NCBI GenBank assembly: GCA_965228855.1
Contig: CBDDIJ010000003.1
Coordinates: 608,001 to 672,000 of the forward strand
Origin: Candidatus Obscuribacterales bacterium
GTDB taxonomy: Bacteria; Cyanobacteriota; Vampirovibrionia; Obscuribacterales; Obscuribacteraceae
DNA: 64,000 nt
Reading direction: 5' to 3'
Position numbers and translations under genes: made by a program. Every line of letters begins with the position of its first letter. Within the stretch, counting starts at the first letter, position 1. Shown here piece by piece: positions 29,351 through 40,665 of the stretch. Below the pieces are notes generated by a model. It was given only the letters and a program-made list of their open reading frames with translations, made no database searches and was not told the DNA's origin.

Positions 29351-30663
29351 AGCCAAGGTACTCCAGCCGCTTCTTTTTCGAGCGTCTCCCTGAAGTCCGG
29401 GTGAGCGATGCCGATGAGGGCTTTTGCTCGCGCTTTCAAATCTTTGCCCCAGAGATCAGCGATACCATATTCGGTTACAACATAATGGACGTCGCCACGT
29501 GATGTCACAACACCGCTTCCTCTGCTGAGATGCGTTACAAGCCTAGACACGCTACCGTTTTTAGCAGTTGATGGTAACGCGATAATCGGTCTTCCGTGCG
29601 TGGACCGCGCAGCACCTCTAATGAAATCTACTTGACCTCCGAAACCGCTGTACAGCTGCTCGCCGACGGAGTCTGCACAAATTTGTCCGCTCAGATCCAC
29701 CTGAAGGGCAGAGTTTATGGCTGTCATTTTGTTGTTCTGCGCGATGATGGAGGGGTCGTTTATATAATCGCTTGTTTGAAATTCAATTAGCGGGTTGTTG
29801 TCCACAAAGTCGTACAGTCGCTTTGAACCCATAACAAAAGACACTGCGATCTTTCCAGGCAAAACGCTTTTCTTATCGTTGGTAACAATGCCTGCTTCGA
29901 CAAGGTCGAGTACACCATCAGAGAACATCTCACTATGAATACCGAGATCCTTCTTGTCCATCAAGCATCGCAAAACAGCATCGGGTATTTCGCCGATACC
30001 CATCTGCAAAGTAGCACCATCATCTACTAGTGACGCCACGTTCTTTCCGATAGCTAACGACACTTCATCTGGTGGCTTACTTATGTGCTCCGGGAGCGGT
30101 CGATCTGTTTCAACAATATAGTCGAGCCTGCTCACGTGAACGAAGGAGCGTCCGAGCGTTCGAGGCATTTGTTTATTCACCTCAGCGATGACAATTTTTG
30201 CAGCCTTCCTGGCCGCAAGCGTGCAATCGACCGAGACGCCGAAACTGCAGTATCCATGCTGATCTGGGGGCGAAACTTGGATGAGGCAAACATCAAGAGG
30301 TCGTTTGCCTGAGAGAAACAACGTCGGAATTTCGCTCAGAAACATGGGTGTGTAACTTGCTCTGCCTTCGTTAACCGCTTGTCTAACATTGGCGCCTATG
30401 AACAGCGCGTGTACGTGGAAGGAATCTTTAAATTCCTTCTCCGTATACTTTGCCGGACCCATAGTGAGGATGTGATAGATTTCGACGTTCTTCAACTCGC
30501 CGGCGCGAGCGACAAGTGCGTCAATCAGAGGAACAGGCGCTGCCGCGTTGGAATGGACGTAGATACTCTGGTCCGAGTGAATCTGCCTAACCGCCTCTTC
30601 TGCGGACACGACCTTGCTCTTATATTCGTCCAACCACGTCTTTCTGATATTCGCGACCGTCAT
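29347..30663 (-). CDS. Acetyl-CoA hydrolase/transferase family (4-hydroxybutyrate CoA-transferase-like)
   Basis: DGATLQMGIG.IP, LGIHSEM (catalytic Glu), SGFGGQVDF.RGA, VVTEYG, IAHPDFR. Confidence 0.9.
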   Translation of the reverse strand: MTVANIRKTWLDEYKSKVVSAEEAVRQIHSDQSIYVHSNAAAPVPLIDALVARAGELKNVEIYHILTMGPAKYTEKEFKDSFHVHALFIGANVRQAVNEGRASYTPMFLSEIPTLFLSGKRPLDVCLIQVSPPDQHGYCSFGVSVDCTLAARKAAKIVIAEVNKQMPRTLGRSFVHVSRLDYIVETDRPLPEHISKPPDEVSLAIGKNVASLVDDGATLQMGIGEIPDAVLRCLMDKKDLGIHSEMFSDGVLDLVEAGIVTNDKKSVLPGKIAVSFVMGSKRLYDFVDNNPLIEFQTSDYINDPSIIAQNNKMTAINSALQVDLSGQICADSVGEQLYSGFGGQVDFIRGAARSTHGRPIIALPSTAKNGSVSRLVTHLSRGSGVVTSRGDVHYVVTEYGIADLWGKDLKARAKALIGIAHPDFRETLEKEAAGVPWL

Positions 30664-30681
30664 AAAGTCCTCGTCATTGCT

Positions 30682-30984
<303 letters not shown>

Positions 30985-30995
30985 TATTTTAATCC

Positions 30996-33470
30996 TCAGT
31001 CGACAAGTCTATCAGGTTCCCACATTCCAAGGTGACTTAACGCCGCGACCGCTTGACCGAGGGACAGGCCTCCGTCATTGATTGGTACCAGGCGGTTCCA
31101 GTAGACTTTGAATCCTGCGTCTCTCAGCTGAAAAATGGACATCTCCAACAGTAGTCGATTTTGAAAAACACCACCCGACAGACAGACAGTATTGAGATTT
31201 TGTCGGTCTCTAATCTCTTTGCAAACCTCTAGAATCATTGTTGCGGTCCAGTCGTGAAACCTTGTCGAAATCTCTCCTATGCTCTTGCCCTCAGCTAGAT
31301 CAAACAGAACGTCTGAAATGACTCCAGTTGTGTCGATGTCTAAGAACGGTTGCGGCTGCCATGGAGCGGTCGATGCACCAGCTTCTCTCCGCTGAAGAAC
31401 CAATGAATATTCGCCACCTATGCGACGACTCAGTGGCAGTTCTTGCGAATTAAGAAACAGCTCGGCCTCTCGCTGGAGCAAAACTGCCGCGTGACCCTCA
31501 TACTGATTGATATCGCATATTCCAAGCAGGCAGGCTACCGCGTCAAACAGCCGACCACAGCTGGTTGTTCTCGGACTTATGGATGAGTTCGCTACACTTG
31601 TCACATCAGAAACCAGTTTCTCTCCAAAGCGCTCGACCAGTCGTTCCAGAACGCGTTGCCTGCCGGCTGAGTTCTCAACGTTTACCAGAAAGCCCAAAGC
31701 CATCCGCCACGGATCCCTGATTGATGAGTTACCTCCAGGCATTTTTACCGGTTTTAATGCTGCTATTCTTGTAAATTTCGCCAGTGTACACAGCAGAAAC
31801 TCGCCGCCCCAAATGTTTCCGTCGGTACCATAACCGGTACCATCGAAAGCCACACCGATAACGGTATCATCCACGTGATTCTCCGCCATACAACTCACCA
31901 CATGCGCAAAGTGGTGTTGCACCGGTATCACCTTTTCTATCAAGTCTACCGAAAACGGAGGAGTGTCTTTCCTGGAAAGCCAGTTTGAAACGATTCTACT
32001 CGAGCCATAATCCGGATGCATATCCAGTGCGATTAATCGTGGCTCGATTTTGAATAGTCTGATGTAATCGTTCAACGTCTCGGTGAAAAAATGCAGTGAT
32101 TCAACGCTTTCTAGATCACCTATATGCTGGCTCAGGTAAGCCTTATCGTCGTGAACTAAACAGAAAGTGTTTTTCAAGTGTCCACCAACGGCCAGCATTG
32201 GCAGCTTCGCTCGATACGGCAGTTGAACAGCTTGTGGTGCAAAACCCCTTGCGCGTCGCACGACCATCGGCTTCTCAGCAACGATACTGCAAACGGTGTC
32301 ATCATATCGAGACACGATATCTCTGTTGTTGAGCAAAAATCCGTCGGCAATGGTCTTGAGTCTCGCTAGGGCTTCCCGGTTTCCGGCTGCAATTGGTTCT
32401 TCACTAACATTGCCACTTGTGACTACGAGCGGTAGTTTTGTCTTGCGTAGAAGCAGGTGATGCAACGGCGTATAAGGCAGCATGACTCCGAGGGTATTCG
32501 TTGTCGGAGCCACTTGATTCGAAATCCGGTGTTGATTGTTTTTCTTGTTGAGCAAGACTATTGGTCTGGCTGAACAAGTCAGAAGCTCCGATTCTCTCTG
32601 AGAAATATCGCAGATGGCCTGTGCGGCTTCCAGGTCCGAGACCATCAAGGCGAAGGGCTTTGCTTCTCGTCCTTTACGCTCCCTCAGCCTTTTAACGGTG
32701 TCGTCATTAGTGGCATCACAAATCAACTGGAAACCGCCGAGTCCTTTGACTGCGATTATTGAGCCGGAGCGGATCTCCAAAACTGCCCGAGTCAGCTCAT
32801 CCTCGGAGCTATCGTTTTTCAACGCACTTAATTGCATCTGTTGAAGCTCTGGGTTTCCACCCTTCTCGAACCAAAGGGCAGGGCCGCATCTCGGACAAGC
32901 TGTGGGTTCCGCATGAAAGCGTCTGTCGGCAGGATCTTCGTACTCTAGGCTACAGTCTTCGCACATCGGAAAGCAGGCAAGACTCGTTTCAGACCTATCG
33001 TAAGGCAGATTTTTGATTACGGTAAAACGCGGTCCGCAGTCAACGCAATTTAGGAAAGGATAGTTGAATCGCCTGTCTTTATCGGAAAAAAGTTCCTTTA
33101 AACACGCTTCGCAAGTCGCTATATCCGGTGGAATATTTGCTCCCTGAGTTGTGAGAACCTGGCTTTCTATAATTCTAAAGCTGTTCACGTCAATGGAACT
33201 ACCGCACTGGCCTTCGGTACGCTCAATGCCATCGATTCTCGCAAGAGGCGGCAGTTCTTCGGACATTCGAGAGATAAACGTCGCAATCTCTTCAGAAGTG
33301 CCGATGATCTCAACCTCCACAAATGCTCCCTTGTTGAGAACCATACCTCTGAGCCCCAAAGCGGTTGCCAGACGGTATATAAACGGGCGAAAGCCCACTC
33401 CCTGCACGACTCCATAAATCCTCAGAATTGAGTGATGAAGCCCTTCAGTTTCCATTGAGTGAATAGCCAA
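30996..33470 (-). CDS. hypF: Carbamoyltransferase HypF
   Basis: GVVQGVGFRPF, zinc fingers (CEAC..NCVDCGPRF; CEDC..CPRCGP), KGLGGF, QHHFAH, NDGGLSLGQ. Confidence 0.95.
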   Translation of the reverse strand: MAIHSMETEGLHHSILRIYGVVQGVGFRPFIYRLATALGLRGMVLNKGAFVEVEIIGTSEEIATFISRMSEELPPLARIDGIERTEGQCGSSIDVNSFRIIESQVLTTQGANIPPDIATCEACLKELFSDKDRRFNYPFLNCVDCGPRFTVIKNLPYDRSETSLACFPMCEDCSLEYEDPADRRFHAEPTACPRCGPALWFEKGGNPELQQMQLSALKNDSSEDELTRAVLEIRSGSIIAVKGLGGFQLICDATNDDTVKRLRERKGREAKPFALMVSDLEAAQAICDISQRESELLTCSARPIVLLNKKNNQHRISNQVAPTTNTLGVMLPYTPLHHLLLRKTKLPLVVTSGNVSEEPIAAGNREALARLKTIADGFLLNNRDIVSRYDDTVCSIVAEKPMVVRRARGFAPQAVQLPYRAKLPMLAVGGHLKNTFCLVHDDKAYLSQHIGDLESVESLHFFTETLNDYIRLFKIEPRLIALDMHPDYGSSRIVSNWLSRKDTPPFSVDLIEKVIPVQHHFAHVVSCMAENHVDDTVIGVAFDGTGYGTDGNIWGGEFLLCTLAKFTRIAALKPVKMPGGNSSIRDPWRMALGFLVNVENSAGRQRVLERLVERFGEKLVSDVTSVANSSISPRTTSCGRLFDAVACLLGICDINQYEGHAAVLLQREAELFLNSQELPLSRRIGGEYSLVLQRREAGASTAPWQPQPFLDIDTTGVISDVLFDLAEGKSIGEISTRFHDWTATMILEVCKEIRDRQNLNTVCLSGGVFQNRLLLEMSIFQLRDAGFKVYWNRLVPINDGGLSLGQAVAALSHLGMWEPDRLVD

Positions 33471-33473
33471 AAT

Positions 33474-33917
33474 CTAGCGTCCTTCGACGTTGTCGTCTGC
33501 ATCTTGGAGTTCAATACCAGTGATGTTCAACTCCTCGCCTCTCAGCATTGTCTCCAGGCTGCCACCGCAAATGGTGCATGCAAAATATGAGTCCGGCAGC
33601 GGATGATACTCGTGCTTCTGAGCGCAAACCGCGCGAGCCTCTACCAAATTGATTTTCAATGACGCATCTTTGAGTTCTTGCGAATCTTTCCTGAGCGATT
33701 CAAATGCGAAAGTTAAGCTTTCCGGATCGATGTTTCTGAACTCGCCTATCTCGACTTTGATGCTCACAACTCGCGGCTTGCCTGATGTATGAGGGTGCCC
33801 GAGTCCTTCCGCCTTCAGATTTGAGTTTCCCATGGACGCTAATTCTGCGGCAAACCTGTTAGAGAGCGCCTCTGACGCTTTAGTTAAAATTGCAATTGCT
33901 ACGGTCGCTTCATGCAT
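33474..33917 (-). CDS. hypA: Nickel metallochaperone HypA (atypical)
   Basis: MHE start, IGE...DPESL.FAF, CTICG, GEEL; first CxxC altered to CAQKH. Confidence 0.85.
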   Translation of the reverse strand: MHEATVAIAILTKASEALSNRFAAELASMGNSNLKAEGLGHPHTSGKPRVVSIKVEIGEFRNIDPESLTFAFESLRKDSQELKDASLKINLVEARAVCAQKHEYHPLPDSYFACTICGGSLETMLRGEELNITGIELQDADDNVEGR

Positions 33918-34488
33918 TGCTGCAGCCTTTTCTAAGTAGATTCAAATTCTTTTTAAAGCTTTCTTTCATTTGAACCCAGTTGGTTTCAGATATGGAGCTG
34001 CTTATGCCGAGGAAACTGACGGCAGGCATCCGTCCGTTCTCGAGCAAATCGAATTTTAGTTCATCTAACCAGGATAAACCATGTGTTGCCGAGATTGCTA
34101 AAGACGGTTGTGCTAGCAGTTCCGGTGTTAGCGAAGAAAATACCCAACCGCGAAAATCATCCAGATTCTCAGAAACTGTATCCACGACGACAATCTGGTC
34201 GTGTAAACGCAGGAGCGTTTTAAACCATGCAAAACCGCTATCCATCGCGAAGACGCAGATTCCATCTTCGTTCCAGTCTCTTTGAGTTTCGGCTATAAGT
34301 CTAGCCGCCTTCGAATCCTTTTCGACAATAGGGTTGCCTATCGCGATGATTGCAATTGCTTCAGACTCAGAGTCCAGCGTCGTCGCCAAGACAGACCCGA
34401 CCTGATCGAGGTGCTTGCAGTGCGACGTTAACTGGAGGGTATGTTCGTGCATACCGAACAATTTATCGCGCTCGTGAGAAGCTGTCAA
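33910..34488 (-). CDS. Divergent hydrogenase maturation protease (HycI/HybD-like); start uncertain
   Basis: IAIGNP...D, IVVVDT, SATHG spacing as in HycI family; directly upstream of hypA. Confidence 0.6.
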   Translation of the reverse strand: MTASHERDKLFGMHEHTLQLTSHCKHLDQVGSVLATTLDSESEAIAIIAIGNPIVEKDSKAARLIAETQRDWNEDGICVFAMDSGFAWFKTLLRLHDQIVVVDTVSENLDDFRGWVFSSLTPELLAQPSLAISATHGLSWLDELKFDLLENGRMPAVSFLGISSSISETNWVQMKESFKKNLNLLRKGCSNA

Positions 34489-34495
34489 AAGATGG

Positions 34496-34927
34496 TCAGG
34501 CTGTTTGCAGTTGTTCTACGGTGACTAGTTTAACAACTTCGACAGAGCAAGGCGCGTCATGCACCACCCCGGATGCCACGCTGCCAATTGTTTCCGGTCG
34601 TACTCCGGTATCTCCGTGCGAGCCGAGAACAATCAAGTCTGCTTTCCAGCGTCGAGCCTCCTGAACTATTGTCGCTCTGGCGTCGCCGGTGAAGATTTCG
34701 CTGTCGATTTCTTGCACCTCTTTAAGACGCTCTTTCAATCGGGAGACACGATCGTCGAGAATTGTTTTAGCTTGATGACCAAGTTCTAAATCAGTTTCGT
34801 AGTTGCCAGTGGGGCGGACAACTGTAATTACTCTGAATTGGGTGTCCTTCGACCAGCTTCGTTGCGTGATGTTTTTCAGAATCTCGCAGGCGTAGCTGGA
34901 ACTATCAAGGGCTATCAAGATTTTCAT
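34496..34927 (-). CDS. Universal stress protein
   Basis: MKILIALDSS, ADLIVLGSHG, GSVA..V...APCSVEVV; GGAGG RBS. Confidence 0.9.
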   Translation of the reverse strand: MKILIALDSSSYACEILKNITQRSWSKDTQFRVITVVRPTGNYETDLELGHQAKTILDDRVSRLKERLKEVQEIDSEIFTGDARATIVQEARRWKADLIVLGSHGDTGVRPETIGSVASGVVHDAPCSVEVVKLVTVEQLQTA

Positions 34928-34961
34928 ATTCCCTCCAATCACAATTAGCAAATTAGTGTGT

Positions 34962-35432
34962 CTACGCAATGCTGGATTCAAACGGTTGGTGCCCTTTTAC
35001 AATTTCCACGGAACAGCCGGCATGTCCGGCAATTGCTTCCGCTGTACTGCCGAGGAAAAATTTCGAAATTCCCGATCGTCCGTGGGAGCCAACTACGATG
35101 AGGTCCGCTCCCCATTCATTAGCTCGTTCAATGATGCCCGGCCAAACAGCGCCTTCTCGTATGCAGCAGGTGACGTTTTCCTTTCCAAAAACCTTTTCAA
35201 GTTCCTGAACTTTTTCACGAACAAACTCTTTGCGTAGTTTCAAGAGCTCTTGTTCCGTATCGATCATGGTGACTGGCATGTATGCTGCGTTCCAGCCGAC
35301 GCACGTCATCGCAAGTGGCTCGAAAACACTCATGACTTCGAACTTAGTGTCTTGCGGCCATTTACGCTTTAAAACCGATTCAACTGCCATGTTTGAACAG
35401 TCGGATTGGTCCACGGCTAACATCACTTTCAT
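34962..35432 (-). CDS. Universal stress protein
   Basis: MKVMLAVDQS, ADLIVVGSHGRSG..FFLGSTA..CSVEIV. Confidence 0.92.
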   Translation of the reverse strand: MKVMLAVDQSDCSNMAVESVLKRKWPQDTKFEVMSVFEPLAMTCVGWNAAYMPVTMIDTEQELLKLRKEFVREKVQELEKVFGKENVTCCIREGAVWPGIIERANEWGADLIVVGSHGRSGISKFFLGSTAEAIAGHAGCSVEIVKGHQPFESSIA

Positions 35433-35658
35433 CGTAAGCACTCCCGGAAACTACATTTTTATTATCGTTTTCACCATCGGGTCTAAGCATCAGTCTTTAT
35501 GGGTAATCAACCGGATGATTAGTCGCAAAAAGAATGAAGACGCCGAGTGGACGGCGTCTTCAAATCGAGGTCTGGCGGTATGTGTTACTACAAATGAGCG
35601 GTTCAGTTTTACTCGTCCGTAGCTTCACTCTTCATTTTGTCAGAACTGTATCCAGGAT

Positions 35659-35701
35659 AATCGACCCGCAGGATGATTTTCAGTCATCCCTTCGGATGAT
35701 T
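35659..35701. promoter_or_regulatory. Island palindrome, tandem pair
   Basis: AATCGACC-CGCA-GGATGATT (35659-35678) and AGTCATCC-CTTC-GGATGATT (35682-35701) upstream of the USP-USP-hyp block; extra GGATGATT half-site at 35513-35520. Confidence 0.65.
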
Positions 35702-35752
35702 GATAGCGGAGAGTCTCGAGAGTTGCTATCGTTACTGGTCCTCTTCTGTGAA

Positions 35753-37462
35753 CTATTTAGCCTGACCCATTCGCGATTGCACGATTTGTTTGATGGACGC
35801 GAGGTCGCGTTTTCCATTTCCCAAAATAGGAATTTCCTCAACCCTTATGAAGTCGGTTTCCTGTGGTATCCAAATTCGAGGCATCGCAGACGCCCTCATC
35901 CTGCTTACAACTGTATGTGGTGGCATCTGATTCAAGTCTGCGTAAACCACGACGAGCCTTTCTCCTTGTTTTAAATCCTCTGCGGACGTCACGCAAACGT
36001 TGTGCTGTGCAGCTCCTGTTATTCGAACTATTTCTTCTTCAACTGCCAGATGTGAAACCATTTCGCCACCAATTTTAGAGAACTGGCTCAGTCTGCCGGT
36101 TATTGTAAGAAAACCTTCGTCGTCCAGGTAGCCGATGTCCCCCGTCTCAAACCATCCATCCTTGATGACTCGTTTAGTCTCTTCCGGTTTGCCAAGGTAT
36201 CCGAGCATGACTTGTGGTCCCTTCACCATGATCATGCCTTCCAAATTTCGTGCCAATGTCTCGCCGTTCTCTAAATTTAGGATTTTGATTTTGGTTCCCG
36301 GAATTGGCATTCCTACGGATCCATTTTTTCGGCCGGGCACGGTCCTGCCATTAGATATCCTTACGTCGTTTGAAACATTGCACGCTACCACTGGAGCGGT
36401 TTCAGCCAGACCGTAACCTTCCAGCGGGTGAATTCCCAGTGCATCCTCGAACTCCTGTCGCTGCTGCTCGTGCAGCTTTTCTCCGCCGATGATGCAGTTT
36501 TTCAACGATGCAAATTTTTCGACGGAGCACCTTCTAATGTAGGTACTCAACATCGTTGGCGTGCACACAAGAGTTGTGGCTTTGAACTTTTCGCAAAGGT
36601 CGGCAATTCTTCGGGCATCGAATGGGTTGTAGTGATAGACAACCATCTCTCCAAGGCATAGTGGCGTCCATAGTGTCATTGTTAGACCGAACGAATGAAA
36701 GTATGGAACTACTCCTAAGACGACCTCTCCATTTTTTATGTGTCCTCGCCAGCGAATTGCATGGATGTTAGACAATATGTTCTCATGAGAGAGAACCACT
36801 CCTTTTGGTGTTCCTGTACTGCCGGATGTGAAAATCACCGTCGCCGGCACGCTCAAACTGTTTTCCGTCTGAAGTTTGTCTGAATACAGGTGTCCCCACT
36901 TTGAGTCGAATCTCAAATGCTGCTGAGTGGAGAGACCTGGAAAAATTGTTCGCAAGAGTGACTCGGGAACTACCTCGGCTTCAGTCCATGCCTTGACGCG
37001 TTTAAACAATCCCAGATCGCTTGCCATATTGTCGAGATTGACCATGCGTTCAGGCTCGACCGTGAGCGTTATCCTCTTCAAAAACTTTTCCGACGAGATC
37101 ACCACGCTGATCTCGCATTCTTTTATACATGCATTGCAAATAGCCTGGGAAGTTGTGTAATTCAGGTTTGCCGAAACCTTGCCGAGCAGGGCTACGGCAA
37201 GGTTCGCAACGGCCGCAGCCGCTGATGGCGGTAAAAGAATGCCGATTGGAGCATCGTCTAGTGCTCGTTTTCCGAGTTCATTGGCGAGGGCGACAGCGGC
37301 TAAAAGCAATCCACGGTAGGTTAGTCTTGTCCCTAGAGAGTCTACGACCGCTGTGGCGTCAGGTGTTTGTCGCACTTGATGCAGGAATGCGTGAGGCAAG
37401 GAAAACCAGGACTCCGGTAAGGGAGGAAGTTCATTGTTGATATCGTTTTTCAATCCAAGCAT
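35753..37462 (-). CDS. AMP-binding acyl-ACP/CoA synthetase (Aas-like adenylation domain)
   Basis: FTSGSTGTPKG, EGYGLAE, GWFETGD, GRLSQFSKIGGEMVS, GK.D. Confidence 0.88.
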   Translation of the reverse strand: MLGLKNDINNELPPLPESWFSLPHAFLHQVRQTPDATAVVDSLGTRLTYRGLLLAAVALANELGKRALDDAPIGILLPPSAAAAVANLAVALLGKVSANLNYTTSQAICNACIKECEISVVISSEKFLKRITLTVEPERMVNLDNMASDLGLFKRVKAWTEAEVVPESLLRTIFPGLSTQQHLRFDSKWGHLYSDKLQTENSLSVPATVIFTSGSTGTPKGVVLSHENILSNIHAIRWRGHIKNGEVVLGVVPYFHSFGLTMTLWTPLCLGEMVVYHYNPFDARRIADLCEKFKATTLVCTPTMLSTYIRRCSVEKFASLKNCIIGGEKLHEQQRQEFEDALGIHPLEGYGLAETAPVVACNVSNDVRISNGRTVPGRKNGSVGMPIPGTKIKILNLENGETLARNLEGMIMVKGPQVMLGYLGKPEETKRVIKDGWFETGDIGYLDDEGFLTITGRLSQFSKIGGEMVSHLAVEEEIVRITGAAQHNVCVTSAEDLKQGERLVVVYADLNQMPPHTVVSRMRASAMPRIWIPQETDFIRVEEIPILGNGKRDLASIKQIVQSRMGQAK

Positions 37463-37714
37463 CGCACTGTACCTGAGGTCTGCGAACGGTCTACTATTTT
37501 CAGGTTACTGCCAGAAAGGTCATAAACACATCCATCGAAAGATGCATTCCGGGTTCGGTGTAGTTGCAATTTCTGGTACTGGAGCTCATTGCCGCGATGA
37601 AAAACACCATATTCGGTGCCACTGGCTTTGAATATGGTGCCTTTCCCCTGGTCTCTCTCAAAGTTGTGCGTATTTATTCGCTGCTTTCATTATGGCAAAG
37701 TCTATCGCGCCGTG

Positions 37715-37734
37715 AATCATCCTAAATGCGTATT
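37715..37734. promoter_or_regulatory. Island palindrome, perfect left half-site
   Basis: AATCATCC-TAAA-TGCGTATT in the divergent aas/cytochrome c intergenic region. Confidence 0.45.
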
Positions 37735-37812
37735 TCGGCAATTAGTCGAATTTTGAGATAATGCAATCCGGGCATACTTATATTGGATATTGGCCCTGCG
37801 GAGCTCCCAATT

Positions 37813-38562
37813 ATGAAATTCAACCTCGTACGACCCCTGAAGCCTATCGCCGTGAGTGCTGCCGTGCTTGCGCTTTTTGTTCTTGCTGATGACAGATCTG
37901 CTGCAAATGCGCCGAGCAATGACGCCGAGAAACTGATGGACAAGCAAGGATGTCTCCATTGCCATTATCTGCGAGGAAGAGGCGGTTTCATCGGACCACC
38001 GCTGGAGGGAATTCGCAAATTCAGGACAGAGGACGACATTGTGGCGGTTTTGACGCAGAGCCGACATCTGCCGGAATCATATCCCAAGGGCATCGTCGAC
38101 TCTACTGACTTCATGAAGCATGTTCATTTAAGCAAGGATGACGCGAAAACAGTAGCATCTTACCTTCTTTCGATTCCGGACGAGGATGCCTTTGAGGTAA
38201 AGGGTCATGGTGAGGACGAACCGGATGCGATTCCACAAGGATTTAACTTCAAGCCAAAGGCACCCTCGGAGTCGTCGCGCAAAGGGATGGCGGTTTATAA
38301 GGAAGCGGGTTGCGTAGCCTGCCACTCCATCGCTGGTTTTGGCGGATGGCGTGGTCCGTCTCTTGATGCAGTCGGCGCAAGATTGAATAAAACTGCGATA
38401 GAAAACCGAATTAGCCGCGGAGCTACGGTATTTTTCGAGGGGAAAGAATACAAGCCAAGCGAGTATTCGATGCCCCCCGCAGAGCTGGCACCTGAGCAGA
38501 TTAGCGACATCACCGAGTTCCTGTTGACCCTACCACAAAAAGCAGCCAAAGAAGAAAATTAG
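37813..38562 (+). CDS. Exported diheme cytochrome c
   Basis: Signal peptide, CLHCH..GPPLEG, CVACH..GPSLD, MPP axial Met. Confidence 0.85.
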   Translation: MKFNLVRPLKPIAVSAAVLALFVLADDRSAANAPSNDAEKLMDKQGCLHCHYLRGRGGFIGPPLEGIRKFRTEDDIVAVLTQSRHLPESYPKGIVDSTDFMKHVHLSKDDAKTVASYLLSIPDEDAFEVKGHGEDEPDAIPQGFNFKPKAPSESSRKGMAVYKEAGCVACHSIAGFGGWRGPSLDAVGARLNKTAIENRISRGATVFFEGKEYKPSEYSMPPAELAPEQISDITEFLLTLPQKAAKEEN

Positions 38563-38597
38563 GCTTGCCACCGGATATGGTATCGGCTCCGGAAGTG

Positions 38598-40472
38598 TTA
38601 GCGCGCCGGTTCCAGATGTTTCATATTAGTCGACGTTTTGAAAATTGTGTTTAGCTCTTCCTCGGTGATGGTTTCCTTCTGGAGAAGCAGTTCCGCTCCT
38701 GCGTGCAGAGCAGACTCGTTCTTCTCCAAAATATTTTCGGCTCTTTCGTATGCCTGGTGGACCAACTCTTTGACGGCGTCATCAATATCCATCTTGGTTT
38801 TTTCACTGAGGTCATGGTTGATGTTGAAACCTAGATTGCCGTTCAAAAAGGGCGACTGTTCCTGCGAATACGTTACCATGCCGGTTTCGTCGACCATTCC
38901 ATAGCGGGTCACCATGTCCCGAGCGATTTCGGTAGCTTTTGCGAAGTCATCAGACGCGCCGGTGGATGAGTCATGAAAAATTATCTGTTCAGCGGCTCGT
39001 CCGCCCATAAGAACGCTCATCTTGTTAAGCAGTTCTTGCTTTGACATGAGAAAGCGATCCTCGATAGGGCGCCGCAAAGTGTATCCCAGTGCGCCTATGC
39101 CTCGTGGAATTATTGAAACCTTCTGGACCGGCTCGGTATCTGGAAAGTTCAACGCCACTAATGCGTGTCCCATTTCGTGGAATGCCACGACCTCTCGCTC
39201 ATGCTTGTTCAACAGTCGATTCTTTTTCTCCAGACCGGCAACGATTCTTTCAAACGCTGCAATCACATCATCTTTGGTTACTGCATTTGCATTTCGGCGC
39301 GCTGCCAGAAGTGTGGACTCATTTACCAGATTCGCCAGATCTGCTCCGCTGAAGCCTGTTGTGAGTGCTGCTATCTCTTCAAGCGCGATATCATCTGCAG
39401 TTTTTACATTCTTCAGATGTACTTTCAGAATGGCGATTCTACCCACTTTGTCGGGGCGGTCTACTAAAACCTGTCGATCGAATCTTCCAGCGCGCAGCAA
39501 AGCCGGATCCAGAATTTCGGGGCGATTGGTAGCGGCCAGAAGGATGACACCACCTACGGTGTCGAAACCATCCAGCTCAGATAACAACTGATTCAAAGTC
39601 TGTTCTTTCTCGTCGTGACCTCCTGCTACCGGGCCCATTCCCCGTGCTCTTCCGAGTGCGTCGAGTTCGTCAATGAATATGATGCAAGGCGCCTTCGCTT
39701 TTGCCTGTTCAAATAGGTCGCGAACTCGGGCCGCGCCAACTCCGACGAAAAGCTCAACAAATTCCGAGCCGGAAATTGAGAAGAAAGGAACCTTGGCTTC
39801 ACCTGCTATCGCCCTGGCTAGAAGTGTCTTTCCTGTGCCCGGAGGTCCGACCAGAAGGACTCCTTTCGGTAGTTTCCCGCCAAGCCTGCGATATCGATCC
39901 GGTTCGCGCAGGAATGTGACGATCTCTTGCAGTTCTTCCTTTGCTTCATCTACGCCGGCTACGTCGTCGAAGGTGACTTTGATATCTTCCTCCATGTAGA
40001 CCCTTGCCCGACTTCGTCCGACAGAAAGCAAGCCGCCCGCTCCGCCCTCCTCTCGAACGCCTTTGACGAATCTCGAGATTAGAAACCAGATAACCAGCAT
40101 TGGAAGAACAAATTGTGCAATGCCAAACCAATTATTATCCTCTGGCTCTGCGGAATATTTCAAAGATTTTGATTGTTCGAGCACCTTAAGGATGGGTTGG
40201 TCTATTGCGACTGTTTTAAACTTTGTTGTCTTTTCTTTGCCTGAAGTATTTGTTGACAGTGTGCCTGAGATCTCTCGGCCTTTCACGGACACTTCGATGA
40301 CTTTATCGTTTTTCAAAGCGTCTAAAAACTCGCTGTAGCGAAGATCCTTGTATTGCGCAGTTTGAAAAATGTAAGCCAGAATAATTAGAACAAGCCACCA
40401 GACCAGAAAATATTGAAAGCCGTCCAGTGGGGCTTCCTTTGTGGGGCTTTTATCCTTCTTGATTTCAGGCAA
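38598..40472 (-). CDS. ftsH: ATP-dependent zinc metalloprotease FtsH
   Basis: 2 TM segments, [39 protein letters not shown]. Confidence 0.95.
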   Translation of the reverse strand: MPEIKKDKSPTKEAPLDGFQYFLVWWLVLIILAYIFQTAQYKDLRYSEFLDALKNDKVIEVSVKGREISGTLSTNTSGKEKTTKFKTVAIDQPILKVLEQSKSLKYSAEPEDNNWFGIAQFVLPMLVIWFLISRFVKGVREEGGAGGLLSVGRSRARVYMEEDIKVTFDDVAGVDEAKEELQEIVTFLREPDRYRRLGGKLPKGVLLVGPPGTGKTLLARAIAGEAKVPFFSISGSEFVELFVGVGAARVRDLFEQAKAKAPCIIFIDELDALGRARGMGPVAGGHDEKEQTLNQLLSELDGFDTVGGVILLAATNRPEILDPALLRAGRFDRQVLVDRPDKVGRIAILKVHLKNVKTADDIALEEIAALTTGFSGADLANLVNESTLLAARRNANAVTKDDVIAAFERIVAGLEKKNRLLNKHEREVVAFHEMGHALVALNFPDTEPVQKVSIIPRGIGALGYTLRRPIEDRFLMSKQELLNKMSVLMGGRAAEQIIFHDSSTGASDDFAKATEIARDMVTRYGMVDETGMVTYSQEQSPFLNGNLGFNINHDLSEKTKMDIDDAVKELVHQAYERAENILEKNESALHAGAELLLQKETITEEELNTIFKTSTNMKHLEPAR

Positions 40473-40665
40473 TGGTCCGACCTCAGAGTTACATTCCTCT
40501 TATTGTCGCGTGGGACCGAGAACTACGCATCAGCCTGACAGTCCATGTGCAGTCAGTCTTTGGGTGGATTGCTCCTCTATTACTACCAGGCACGCTACGC
40601 ATGAGGATGGAAGCATTATTTCGTCATATAAGGGATCATATGCTTATTGACGGAAAGGACACGAG

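Noticed and set aside
39022..39999. Long antisense ORFs over ftsH (similar ones over argJ, hypF, the ATPase and ppsA)
   Set aside because: Shadow frames of well-supported genes on the opposite strand
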